A stretch of 64,000 nt of DNA from Chromera velia (taxonomy: Eukaryota). Each line of letters begins with the position of its first letter. The stretch's first letter is position 1. A program made the position numbers and the translations under genes. Location of the stretch: contig JAHBMJ010000410.1 in assembly GCA_018398765.1 (NCBI GenBank), forward strand, positions 62,001 through 126,000, given 5' to 3'. Below are positions 1 through 12,400 of the stretch, piece by piece. Below the pieces are notes generated by a model. The model searched no databases, had not been told where the DNA came from, and saw only the letters and a list, made by a program, of their open reading frames with translations.

Positions 1-1009
1 TCCATTAGAAGTAAAAGTTAGCTTGTTTGTGCATTACACTACGCATTGTCACATGTTTGCAGAGTTTGCAATCACTCCCCGATATATCAACATACTATAA
101 CAGTTACTCTTTCACCTCACTCACGTCCAACAATTTCCAACATACACACCACAAACCCATTAAACCTTATCTTTAAAAGTTGTTCATACTTTCATGCAGG
201 TAAAAAACAATAAATAAAATCATTCTAAGTGCTTTAAAGACTTAGTTTTTTATATAAAATTTAGTGTGATATATAGAAAATTAAAAGTCACTTTCTAGTA
301 CAAAAGTTTCAATTGTCAGTACAGTCAGTTGCATGTGTATTGTAGAGTATAAGACAACTCTTGGATGGGATGGCGTCACCTAGATCGAGAGGCATATAAA
401 TATCACCAAGGGGCAGGGTCGGAGGAACTACCCTGTGATTGACTTGCATGAATGGGAGGTGCAGAAAGCAGATAAGAAGTGGATGACGCTCCATGAGTGG
501 GTGCGCAGTCACGAGTGGGTAGAGACCTTCAATTGTGAATCAGTCCCAAGCAAGATGCCCCTTCGGGGAGTGATTCTTGTGGGACGCATCAGGCCTGACT
601 GTTAAGAAGCAGTAGAAAGCGGTTCGATTAGGCCGATCGAGGTCTTTCAAGTGGACGGACAGTTGATAAGGGTATCTCCGGAAAGTGGTGATGCATCGTC
701 GTACTATTAGTAGTATTATCTAGAGTATTATCCTACACTAACACCATGGAATGATGTTATTTTACTTTCGTCATAAACGGAGTAATCCCGGCTTTGCTCG
801 GTATTAAAGAATTATAAAAAAAGACCCAGGGTAACTCAGATAATATGCAGTAAAATCAAGTTAAGAAACATAGTTACGCAGATAGTAACTTAGTAATTTA
901 AAAAAATATGTATATGAGAGTTTATTACATGCAGTGATAAAAATATTTAGTATTTGATTATATAGTATTTTTTTTACTATTAGCATTTAGATTGAGATAT
1001 ACTTTAAAA

Positions 1010-1113
1010 GACCGTACCCCCCCCCAAAAAATGAAAAAATGCGTTATGCGAGTGCGTGCGATCTCAGGGCCTCTCGGCTGATCTCAGCCGAGCTGAGCTG
1101 CCCCCCGAGGCGA
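1010..1113 (+). repeat. ~105-bp dispersed element, copy 1, with internal hairpin, upstream of gene 1
   Basis: CCCCCCCCAAAAAATGAAAAAATGCGTTATGCG...GTGCGATCTCAGGGCCTCTCGGCTGATCTCAGCCGAGCTGAGCTGCCCCCCGAGGCGA is nearly identical to 49783-49886; it contains the palindrome CTCGGCTGA-TC-TCAGCCGAG. Confidence 0.85.
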
Positions 1114-1290
1114 TGCGGAAATTTCTTTCCTTCAATTCAGACACATGCATGCTGTACGTTGAAATATATACGATGAATGTCGATCGCTTTAAAAAACCGA
1201 ACGAAACCGCACTTCGGGCTTCATCTGCAAGTGCAAAGAGTCCTCAAAAGAGCGCATGCAGGACTCGCCTTTTCACTTTGCCATGCGACC

Positions 1291-4200
1291 ATGAAGGTTG
1301 CTTCAGTAGGCAGGGGCTGTTCTGAGCAGTCCTCCCTGAGGCAGACTGCAGCACAAATTGCTCGTGAGTGCGAGGACCTCTGTTTTCAGCTGCTTGACAG
1401 GCCGAAAGAGCGGGCTCAGGTGAGGCCCCTCTCACCACCGGTCCAGCGCTCACATGATGATCACCTTACCCTCTCCCCTCCCCAGGAACCTCTTGAGTCC
1501 CACCTCATTTGGGTGAGTAAGTGCCTTTGCTATTTTTTGTGTCGGGTCGATCTTCTCCTGGCCTGTTCCCTTGTATGCTTTCAAGGTATGCAAATTGTTT
1601 GCATGCAGTTTCGAAAGGAGATCTGCAGAGTCGCGCAACTCCTCGAGCGCCGAAGTAGACGGGCTGAGGAGGTGCCGAGTGCTTCAGTCAACCGCGTTGC
1701 TCCTGTTTCGATTTCTGTCTCTGAGAAGCACACCGATAGACAGCGAGAGCGGGAGCGAGTAAAACCCCCAAAACAATCTGAACTTGACGACAAGGAGCTT
1801 CTGGAGGAGCTGGGAAAGACGCAAAATGAGTTGGAGGTTGGCTCCCACTGAGTGACTGGCTGACGGACTGCATGAATAATTGCATGCATGGGCATGCTTC
1901 AATGAGTACCAGGATGACTGTTTGACTGACTGACAAACCGCCTGGCTGCATTGCCGGGTTGTTAGTTGTTTGCTTATCCGCCTGCTTGCTTGTTTGCTTG
2001 TCTGCCTGGCTCATCCCTGGATGAGCATGACTCATTGACTGACTGACATGCTGGCTGGCTGTTGACTGACTGGCAGCAGGGAAGTATACCAACTCACTGG
2101 CTAGCTCTTTCCCTGGTTGACTGATAGATCGCTGATCCGAATCGCTGATTCTCATTTGGCAGGTGGAAAACAGGCAGATGGCAGATGCCGGCTCGAGGCA
2201 GCTCCAGGGAGCTCCTAAAGTTTTTTTGAGAATCTGTTTGAACATCCGCCTAGATGAATGTGGTGACCTCGCCTCGCGGCTTTGCAGCTCTGTCTTCTCT
2301 GGCAAGCAGCATGGTCTCATGAAATTTCCCTCTCCATGTCTGCTCTCTTTCTCCTTCAGGAAACCAAAAAAGAAAACAAAAAGCTGAAGACAGTCCATCG
2401 GGCTCTGCTCTCTCGGCTTTGGGTGAGTACAGTTCGTAAGTCAAGTTTCGTTGGAACAGAGAAGAACAGAAATAAGCTCGTAAGTCCAAGAAGTTTGTTT
2501 CCTCAAGAGTCTTGTTCTGCCTTTTCACTCTCTCATACAAACGTTTTGCTCCCAAACCAGCTTGGCTCTATGACACAACACGCACACTACAATTTTGCTC
2601 TGGTCCTTTCGATTCTCTCTCTGCAGGGCGACCTTGATGGTCTCGGGAAAACAATCCAGAGCTGCTCTGACCAATGCAGTCTCGCCCTTGTCCCCTGTGC
2701 ACCTCCCCCCAGACCCCACGCACTGAGGGGGGCCACCAGTCCCTGCAGGAACCCCGCAACTCCAGGAGCCAAGTCCCCCCCTCCGGCTCTGAACCGTCTC
2801 TCTCCTCCTCTTCGTTCTTCACCAAATTCACAACTAGCACCAAAAGCATCAAAAGTTGGACACGAGAACTTCAAAGGAAGACAAACTGCAGATTCGCAAC
2901 GCTCCCAGCCCATTTTTGTCTCCCTTGGCTCACAGCATCGACCCAAACCCTGTCTGAGTGCGGCAAATGTTCCGACCGGACGCGTTCCTTCAAACCCCCA
3001 CTCCCCATCTCCCTTTCGGATCAAGACCGACATTCCCCGACCCCCCTCTTCTTCCTCATTCGTACCCTCAAACAGCCGACAACTCCGCAGTCCAGGTGCC
3101 AATCCTAATTTGAGACACACAGTGGTTCCCCTCTCTCCCTCTCCCTCTCCCACTCGGCAGAGGCCTGCTGCCTTCTCACCCCCCCCAAGGCCCGGACAGC
3201 CCAATTCTCTACCAACAGCACGTGTACAAAGTCCAGGCTCATATCGCAAGCAGATGCCTCCCTCCAGAGCACCGGGATGGAAAGGAAGTCCTCTCGACAC
3301 AAAGGGACAGAAGAGGATGGCAGCAGCTCTTCCTCCCTTCAACCCCCCCTCAAGGACGGGCCCGAAAGGCGAATTTGCACGCTCTCCTTCACCCATCAAT
3401 GCCCCCAAATCTGTTCTGCAGCCAGCAGGGGGAAGTCAACCAACGTCACGGTCACGGGGCAGGCACCAGCACCCGAACGCACCCATGCCTCTTGGATCCC
3501 TGAGGTCTCCTCCTCCTGCGGTATCACCCCTGCGGTCCCCCCATAGAGGAACGGCAGGTTCTCCTCCTGCGTCCCCGCAGAGAAGACAACTGGCTGCTCC
3601 TCCTGCAGCAGCAGCTCCGACGATCGGGGCGGTAAGGTCAAAGATGACGGAGCTGCAGAGACTCTCGGAGGAAATGTGGCAACGGACTGTGAGTCGTTTT
3701 TTTTTTCGTGACGGATTGCCTGATGTATCGATTGATTACTTTAGTGTCTTTACTTCCTCCCGCTCATGCATATTTGGTTTTGGATGGTCAGTCTTATATT
3801 TTGCGAGAGTTCTTTTCTTATGGAGGGGTTGTGCAGTCTAGAAAATTGCACGATTTCTGTTCGTCAATCGGAGAAGATTGCTTAGAGAAGAACACTCTGT
3901 TTCTTTTGCCCCTCTGTATCCTCAGGTCAGCATGACGACACAAATCCGAAGGCACCAGCAATCCAGGGAGTCACCTGGAAGAGGACAGGGAGGCGGGAGA
4001 GGAGGACCACAGCGGGGACCCGTGGCTTCCGGCAGAAATGGGGCTCAGTTGCAGGTCAGGGGGCCGGGCTTTTTATTCTCAGATATCTGTGTCTCTTGCC
4101 CGCACATGCAGAAAGCTTTGTTCCATGAATGCCGTCCTCAATTTATATGTGCGTGCCGTCTACGTTTGCACTTGATTCTCTTTTTTTCAGGTTCCTTCAA

Positions 4201-7200
4201 AGACATCTTTCCTTGGTCTCCCGCAGGTTCGCGGGCGTGTGACAGAAAGGGTGCACAAGAGACCGGGCGGTGTTGGAGCAAAGGGCGTGGAGACTTTCAA
4301 GAAGGCAGAACAGGGGACGCAGACTGAGAAGCCCCTCAAGGTCAGAGAGAGAGACAGACAGACGGACAGCAGTCTTCCTTGCGTTCGCTTCGATCCGTTC
4401 GCCCTTCCTCTTAGATAGCAGAGAAGAAACATAATTTCTTTCTTCATGCAGGCACAATTTTTCTTTGTAAAGCTTTCTCGTTGGTTGATTTATCGCCCGC
4501 GTATCCAAAGTTCCTTTATGGACATCTGTTGCGCCTTGCAGACGGCGAGAGGAAAACGTCGCGGACGGTCCCCTCCTTCTTCCTCCCCCCAAGGGAGTTC
4601 TCCTTTTGGACATGAATCCAGACGGAGGCAGAGAGGCAGAAAGAGACAGCAGGGCGGCGGTCGCTCTCCGAGTGGAGGGGCGGCGGACTTCCTCTGTGCA
4701 CTGTCAGAGACGGCATCTGCCTCCGACACAGGGAGAGGTCTTGACCGACGCTTGTGCAGAAGGGGGAAAAAAGGAGGGGAGACACCAGTCAATGCGTCAG
4801 ATTCGGAGGACGACAGCCCTCTACCGATCACAGTTCCCCTTGAAATCGACGCTCACGGCCTGAGTACAACCCCTACAGCCACCCAGACTCCGGTGGGGGC
4901 GATGCCCTCTGTCCTTCTCACTGCAGGTCTCCAGGGCTCGGCCCTCCCGAGCATCAGTGAAGAGGGGACAGAGACGGCCTTTCGAAGTGCGAGTGCAAGT
5001 CCGGATTCGAGAGGGGGGGGAGAGGCGTCACGTGCTGTCAGTCGTGCGAGGCGGCTCAAGGCACAGCTTCGGGCACAGAGACGTGTGAATGCCCAGCGTG
5101 TGCGGTCGATGCGCATTGCTTTGGAAGAGACTCGTAACGCTGCCGGTGTTGCAGTGAGGGAGGCCGAGGACAAGAGTCAATTGGAGATTCAGGCACTGAG
5201 AAGACAACTGATGAGTGTGAGACGAGACAGGTCAACTGTTCGTCGTCTCCTTACCCAGAAAAAATCTCAGCAGTCTCAGTCAGGAAATGAGGAGAAGAGA
5301 CGGCAGTGCAATGGGACGATAGACCCAGAGACGAGGGGAAAGTTGGAGGCCCTCCTCAGACGAGCGAGAGACCGTCACCTTGCGGCAGAGAGAAGGGCTG
5401 CCAGAGAGATTGAGGGCCTCAGAGGACAGTTGCAGGAGTACCAGAGAAAGAGAGAGAATAGAGAACAGAGTGAAGATGAAAGGGAAAACAGGAGGAAAAG
5501 AGAAGTCTTGGCCCTCCGCTCTGCCCTCCGTGCGGCAGAGTCCAAAAACGTGATTTTGGAAAAGACTCTAGCAGAAGCTCGAGCAGCAACAGCAGCAGCA
5601 ACGGCAGCTTCTGCAACCGCCCCCGCAGCTTCATCTGACCCCAACTCAGACCAGGCCCCATCCCCGTCTCCTCCCATGCAGGGAACCCTCATGAGGGAAC
5701 TGCAGCAGCTCAAGCAGGAGAAAAAACGATGGACGGCACGACTGGAACAGGAAAAGGGAAGGGTCGAGAGAAAAGTAAAAGAGTCTGCAGCGGAGGAGTT
5801 GACATCAGTCCGAGCTAAGATAGAGACAGAAACCAAAAAGCACGCGGAAATTGCTGCAGCTGAGCAACGCCGTCTCCAGCGGAGGGTTGCAGAGCTGGAG
5901 GCTGAGGTTGCGGCTGCTGCAGAAAATGCTGAGAAAGCAAAAGCATCTCATGACCCCGCAAGGGTGAGAGCCTTGGAGGCCAATTATGATGAGAAAACCC
6001 GCCGTGTGACTCTTCTAGAAGCCCAAAATAAGGAAGCTGCTTTCCATTTAGAGCAAAAAGAGGCAGCTTTGAGACAAAGAGAGGAAGATGTTGAGGAGCT
6101 GCAGCTGCAGTTATCCCTCCTGCGTGACACCTCCTCAGCGAAGTTTGCAGCGGCACGAATGGAGACCATCATAGGCGCCTTCAAGGGAAAGAAAGCAGAA
6201 GGAGGGAACACGAGAGGTGACAAGAGAGCAAACACAGCAGCACCCCTGTCAGCCCCAGCAGCAGCGTTTCCCAACTTTGCAGCCTCCCTCTCCAAACACG
6301 CTGCATCATCTGGGACAAATTCCAAAGCGACCCCTGAGGAAGTGCCTCCAAAAGCGGATGCAGTGAATAAGGGACCTTCCGCTCAAGCGAAGGCACCATC
6401 CGTGTCCGCATCCAAAACCCAGCAGAGACGGGGGGGGGAGTCATTAGAAATAAGCGGTCAGAAACCATCAGGAGGTTTGGCGAAAGGGACTAGACCGGAT
6501 GGGAGAAGGACGAGAGACCAGGTATCAGCCTCACGACGAAGTTTGAAAAGCGCTGAAGGTCAGTCTAGATCCCCATCGCCTTCTCCTGTCCCATCGGCTG
6601 CCGCACCTCTGCGCATTGCGGTTTCTGACAGCGATGAGGATGCCCCGTCATCATTTGTGCAAGGAAAAGGGTCTGTCAAGGCAAAGTCCAAACCTTCGGT
6701 TGATCGGGAAGAAGGGAAGGGGAAGGGTGTAAATAGAAGAGAGGGCCGTGAAGACGAGATTAGAGACTCTCCAAGGAGTCTGAGCAGGGACCGCAGCGCC
6801 AGCAAATCCAAAAGAGAGTCTTCAGCAAAGAGGAAAAGTGAAAGTAAGGAGAACGGGGTGGAGGATGAGAACGACAGCACGCCCGTTCAAGAAGTGAGGG
6901 ACAGAAAAGAAAAAGAGGAGGTAAATGCGAATCGAATCGGATCCGAAGGGGAGGAGAAGGAAGACGGACGAAGGAGACGACACAAAAGCAAGAGCGACAG
7001 AGAAAAACGCGACAAGAGAAGCCCAGACAGAGCCTCAACATTTGTTGGTGAGGAGGAAGACACAGACGCGAAGAGAATCGAAGGAATCGTTGAAGACGAG
7101 AGAGAGGAGAGCGATGGGGTGTCTGAGAGACGGCGCAGTCACAAGAAGAAATTGAAGAAGAAGAAGAGTTACAGATCAGACAGAACACCATCTGACGGAG

Positions 7201-7550
7201 AAAGTGACGCCGAAGTCAGAGACAGTGAGAAGAAGGAAACAAGAGGGAAAAGCCGGAAAGAGGAGAAGAAATTTGTCGACGAGGATTCCCACCAAGAGAT
7301 AAACAAACGGGGCGAGTCACCTGCACCAAAAGGGGCGACAGGGGACGTCAGAGCCGGAGTGAAGTCGCAGAGTAGAGAGCTTCCACGCGAAGAGGAGAGA
7401 GGGGAAGAATTGGGGGAGGAGTCTGGGCGGAAGGGCAGAGAGAAAGAAAGTCACAGAGACCGAAGAAGAAGCAATCCTTCTTCTAACACGTCATATTCAA
7501 AGCCGCCCAAAATTCTTTTTGACTTTTCTAAAAAGGGGGGAAAGAAGTAA
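1291..7550 (+). CDS. Multi-exon hypothetical protein: proline/serine-rich region, long coiled coil, charged low-complexity C-terminus
   Basis: ORFs joined by GT-AG introns. Predicted exons ~1291-1512, ~1609-1836, 2360-2422, 2627-3688, ~3926-4054, 4227-4340, 4542-7550 (TAA). E/R/K/A-rich heptad-like segment ~5050-6150. Start codon uncertain. Confidence 0.7.
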
Positions 7551-7878
7551 CTTCAATAAAACCTTAACTTTCTCTATCGTGAAGCACTGGGAACGGTGGG
7601 AAACAAACAAAACTGCAACCTCTGTATAAGAGCTACAATGTAGGTTAGTACACGCAGGTTCTTTGGAAGAAACAAGAATACAAGGTTTTTTATTGTAAAG
7701 TCTCGTGTATGGCTAGACCAGGAGTTAGATAGTGGACCAAACTTTTTTTCTTTTAAATTTAATTACATAATTTGTGTTATTATTATGTAAATGTCGTACA
7801 CCATCCCGCAAAAATTTAAAAGATATAAAGTTTATAAAAATTTATACGTTGATTTGAACAGTTTTAAAGTTTTTTTGT

Positions 7879-8159
7879 TATTATGGATCATGAATAAGAG
7901 AAATACTAAGTCCTTCGATAAGCAAGATCGACCTAATAGTAAAAGGATCCAATACAGAGTGATTGTTTCAATACAGATGCGTGCCTATTATTGACAGCAT
8001 CCCTCCCTCCTCAGGGTCAGAGAAGGATGCGTATACATGCTGCCTGTTATAGAGAGAAGGCAAGCCTGAAGGAAAGGTGCCCTCTCTAATAGACCTCTAT
8101 ATGTAAGATCGTATAAGCACGTATCTGAGCCCTATAGCTTCCGTAGGCCTGACGGAACA
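7879..8159 (+). repeat. 5' LTR
   Basis: TATTATGGATCATGAATAAG...GACGGAACA matches 14063-14337; terminal TG reads TA in this copy. Confidence 0.95.
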
Positions 8160-8160
8160 G

Positions 8161-8173
8161 TGGTTAGCAGAGC
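8161..8173 (+). promoter_or_regulatory. Primer binding site, initiator tRNA-Met-like
   Basis: TGGTTAGCAGAGC 1 nt after the 5' LTR; resembles the TGGTA(G/T)CAGAG iMet-type PBS. Confidence 0.75.
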
Positions 8174-8287
8174 TTCCGGGTTCCCGGTCCAGTTAACACA
8201 ATACAGACCGGAATCACGAGAAGAGGAACCTCCTATCTGCAAGGAGGAAGCCAGAGTTCCCCTTCGATTCCTTCCATCCACCCCTGG

Positions 8288-9445
8288 TTGGAGAACATCG
8301 ACACTCCTCCTCCTTCCTCTGTAGGCACCCTCTTCACGGAGGAAGGGGAGATTGTTATCGAAAGCCCAGCAATCACGCACCGTTTAGCATCTGAACAACA
8401 GACTGATTCAGAGGAATCGATACAGGCAGGGCAAGGACCGAACATGGCAATTGATGTGGACAAATTGAAGGCGCTGGCAGAGGTGAAGAGAGTCGTAGAG
8501 GTATTTGACCCCAAGAAGAAGAATGGGAGGACTTGGTTCAGCCAATTCCGTGATAAAGTGAAAGCTGGCAACCTCAACGTCGATGAATACAAACTGTTGC
8601 TTAGTATACACTTTGTTGACACCGACCTGGTGCAGCAGTGGGACGAGAAGAGAGGAACATGCTCCACCGTCGATGAAGTAGACGCATGGTTCCTCGATGC
8701 CTATGGTGGGGGAGGCATGGAAGAAAAGCACGTGGTGTATACGATGGCAGACGTGAAACTGAGTGTCACAGACGCGTTCCAACCGTTTGTTGACCGATTT
8801 ATCGATACCTTCATGGCCGCCAATCCAAATGCTATTCGTAACCATCGTATCACGCCATTTATCAACGCCCTCTATCCCGAAATGCGGGAAGCTCTGGAAA
8901 TTGAACCCGCCTTCTCCGAATGGAATGACTTGGTAAAGAGAACCGAGCATTTCCATGCCAAGCTGCAGAAGAAAGCCAGAGCCAAACTCGCTGCCGTCTA
9001 GAGTACGCAATCAGCGTCTGACCTTGAACGATGGGAGAAGTTGACAGACAGGCTTGAGCGCGTTGAGGCCAGCATAGCGGCTTTGCACACTCGCGGCCGC
9101 GGCAGGGGCAATTCGATGCCGCGAGGGGGTCGGGGCAGCTATGCCGTCTACGGCAATCGGCCGTCTCCTCAAGTCGCATACGGCTTCACGCCTGGCCGAA
9201 ATGCAGGCTCAGGATGGAGAGGTGGGTACAGGGGATGAGGAGGAATGCCAGGAGGCATGTACAGAGGCAGAGGAGGTCACAACGGTTTCAACAATAGTCA
9301 CTTCGGGTATAGACAGAATGGGCATGCTCCACCGTTTGGGCAACGAGTGCCAACATGCCACCACTGCAGGTCGCCATCACACTTCGTTGCGAACTGTCCA
9401 GAACTGCGGTACTCGGGAAACAAATGGGGTGGAGGGACACAGTAG
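8288..9445 (+). pseudogene. gag: gag (capsid-like region, RGG-rich region, CCHC zinc knuckle) with premature stops
   Basis: One frame interrupted by TAG 8999-9001 and TGA 9236-9238; CHHCRSPSHFVANC (CX2CX4HX4C) near 9356-9397. Confidence 0.85.
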
Positions 9446-9478
9446 AGGCAGTCCCTACCACCCAACCTCAGTTGCCTC
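9415..9478 (+). promoter_or_regulatory. Programmed -1 ribosomal frameshift signal (slippery heptamer plus stem/pseudoknot)
   Basis: G GGA AAC in the gag frame at 9415-9421; pol lies in the -1 frame; stem 9427-9438/9451-9463; loop GAGGCA 9445-9450 is complementary to TGCCTC 9473-9478. Confidence 0.75.
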
Positions 9479-12400
9479 GTCCTCTCTCTGCGTATTTCTA
9501 TGTTCCACTTCATGAAATGAAAAGGAAAGGCTGCTTTTCGAGAGAAGACGACAGTGCAGGGAAGAGATTTGCTTTTGAAGAAGCGCGTAGGCAGCCCGTG
9601 CTTCCATCTCCCTTGCCGGTACGAATGTTCAAAAGAGAAGAAACGAAACCAACAAGCATGTGGGCACAGAATGCTTCCGTTAAGGTCGGTAGTAAGTTGA
9701 AAGTAAGCTTTGTGGTTGGAAATGGACATAAGACGACAGGAATACTTGATTCAGGTGCAGAGGTCTCATTTATAGATGTGTCACTGACTTTGCATGCAGA
9801 CAGCCCAGTGGTTCCGGCTACTCTGGCGCTGTCGGCGGCGGGAGGGAGTGGGTTGAAGGTGCTGGGGGAGACCACGATCTCACTTTCCCACCCCAACAAC
9901 CCAGAGAAGAAATTCCCGCACATTCTCCTCGTCACAGCCAATACGGGGTACGACCTGGTCCTTGAGCAGGATTTTCTTAAGCTCAAAGACCCAGTCATGC
10001 AGTACCACTACAAAGAGGACAGGTTGGTTGTTGCTGATCTTCCCGTCTTTCACTGTTGGTACGATGACGGACGAAAGCCAATGCGTGTGGCTCCCCTCCG
10101 CTGCACAAAAGTCACGAAGCGTTCCCGTGCGCTTCTCCGGGTGGATGTAGATGGAGTAGGAGAAGAAGAAACAGTCATTTTGCGTCAAAATTTTCCCCGA
10201 GCGCACCCAGGCCTTGCAGTCCCAGACCAGATAGTCACAGTGAGGGCCAGCGTTGCCATCATCGAAGTCCTGAACGTCTCACAGCAGGATCTTCGGTTAG
10301 GTGCAGAGTCCCTCCTTACTTTTACCAAGCCAGCCAGCCGTGTTGCCTCAGTCACAGCCATCACAGCCAACGTGATGACATCTACCCCACCGCAGAATCC
10401 CCCGCCGTCTCCCTCGCTTCCGAAAGTTGATCTCTCGCACATCCCGCCTGAGGTCAGAGGGAAGTACAAATCCCTCCTCCGAGAGCATAGCGACCTCTGG
10501 TCTCGCTTCCGCTTTGATATCGGCGAATTACGACTGAATGGGCAGCCGTACGAAGTCCGAATCCCCACAGGCGACGCCCCTCCCATCAGATGGAACCAGG
10601 ACAGAGTGTCCTACCACCAACGCGACCATGTGAAGAAGGAGATTGAGGCAATGGAAGAAGGGGGTGTCATCCGTAAGTCCAGCTCTCCATGGGCTGCGTC
10701 CGTCGTCCTCGTGAAGAAGCCTGATGGCACCACCCGTTTCTGCCTCAACTTCCGCAAGCTGAATCAGGCAACCAAACGTGACTTGTTCCCCCTTCCCCGC
10801 ATCTAAGAAACCCTCGACTGTCTCGCAGGAGCACAGGTGTTTTCCATTCTCGATTACACCTCCGGCTTCTTCCAGCTGAAGATGCACGAAGCAGATGCAG
10901 AGAAAACTGCTTTCGTGACTCCTTTTGGTCTGTATAAGTTCACGCGCATGCCGTTTGGGCTCGTGAACACACCGAGCATCTTCCAGCGTGTGATGACGTT
11001 GCTCCTCGCAGGTTTGATGAGAGACATCGCCCTTGTCTACATCGATGACATCATTATTTTCTCCCGCTCGCACGCAGAGCATTTGAGGGATTTGAGGGAG
11101 GTTTTGGGATTGGTGAGGCAGGCAAACCTTAAGCTAAAGTTAGAGAAAGCGCAGATTGCGTTGAGAGAGGTGGAGTATTTGGGACATTCAGTCTCCTTCA
11201 GGGGGATCAGGCCGAGTCGAAAGAATGTGAAGAAGGTATTGGAGTGGGAGTCCCCAAAAGACCGAAAAGAGCTGCGCTCCTTCCTTTATCTCTGCTCGTA
11301 TTACCGCCATTTCGTTGCAGGCTTTGCGAGGTTGACACATCCCCTCCATGAGCTGCTGAAGCCAGCTCTGACAAGGAAGGCCGTCCCCTTCCCTTCCAGT
11401 GGGGGGAGGAGGAAGAGGCAATCTTTACCAAATTAAAGAGACGCCTCACTACCCCTCCTATCCTAAGGCTTGCCTTTCCAGACATGAGTCGCTCTTTCAC
11501 CGTCAAGCCAGACGCGTGTAAGGTCTCTGTGGGAGGTCTTCTCACACAAGAAGTCAACAGGAAAGAGGTGGTGATTGCCTACACAAGCAGGGCATTGAGT
11601 GCCGCCGAGAGGAATTATAGCTCAGTAGAGAGGGAGGCTTTAGGTCTTGTGTACTACTGCCGTCAGTGGCGTCACTATCTGATTGGTGGATGCACGTATG
11701 CAGTCACCGATCACAAACCTAATCTGGCGATGGAGGATAGGAAAGTGGCGAATGAGAGAGTGAGGAATTGGGTGTTGGAGTTGCAGGAATTTGGGCTGCG
11801 GTATGTTCACAAGTCGGGGAAAGCCCATGCAGACGCAGACGCTCTCTCCCGAATGCCGTAGAAGCCGTTGCCTGTTTGTGTCGACAGTGGCGTTCCACTG
11901 TGCAGGCATTGCAACCAACCCGCAGACGGGAGCACCAAGATCTGGACAGGTATGGGGGCAGTCATGGCAGGTGTGCATGGGCAGGCAAAGGCTGCGCCGC
12001 TGCAAGCAAACAAGGCGTTTCTGGACCGAGTGAGAGAGGAGTTGCCGAAAGATCTGGTGTTGGAGGACCACTACAGATATTTTGCGAAAGGTATTGTGCT
12101 GACAGACAAGAGGCAGGCAAGGCAGGTGCTTTTGGAAGAGAGTGCGTTTGAGTTCAGAGATGGCCTGCTGTACCGATTTGAGGGGAGAGGGGTGGAGAAA
12201 AGAGAGCAACTCGTTGTGCCTAGGGCGTATCAGTCGACTGTGCTCATGATGGGACATGATCACAGTTTGGGAGGTCATGCAGGGCAGCATCGGTTGGCAG
12301 ACAAAACATTGCTGCATTTCTGGTGGCCTCGATTGCAGGCTGATACGAGGGAATGGGTTGCTTCCTGTCGAGAGTGTTAGGAGTGAGCGAAGCGTCTTCC

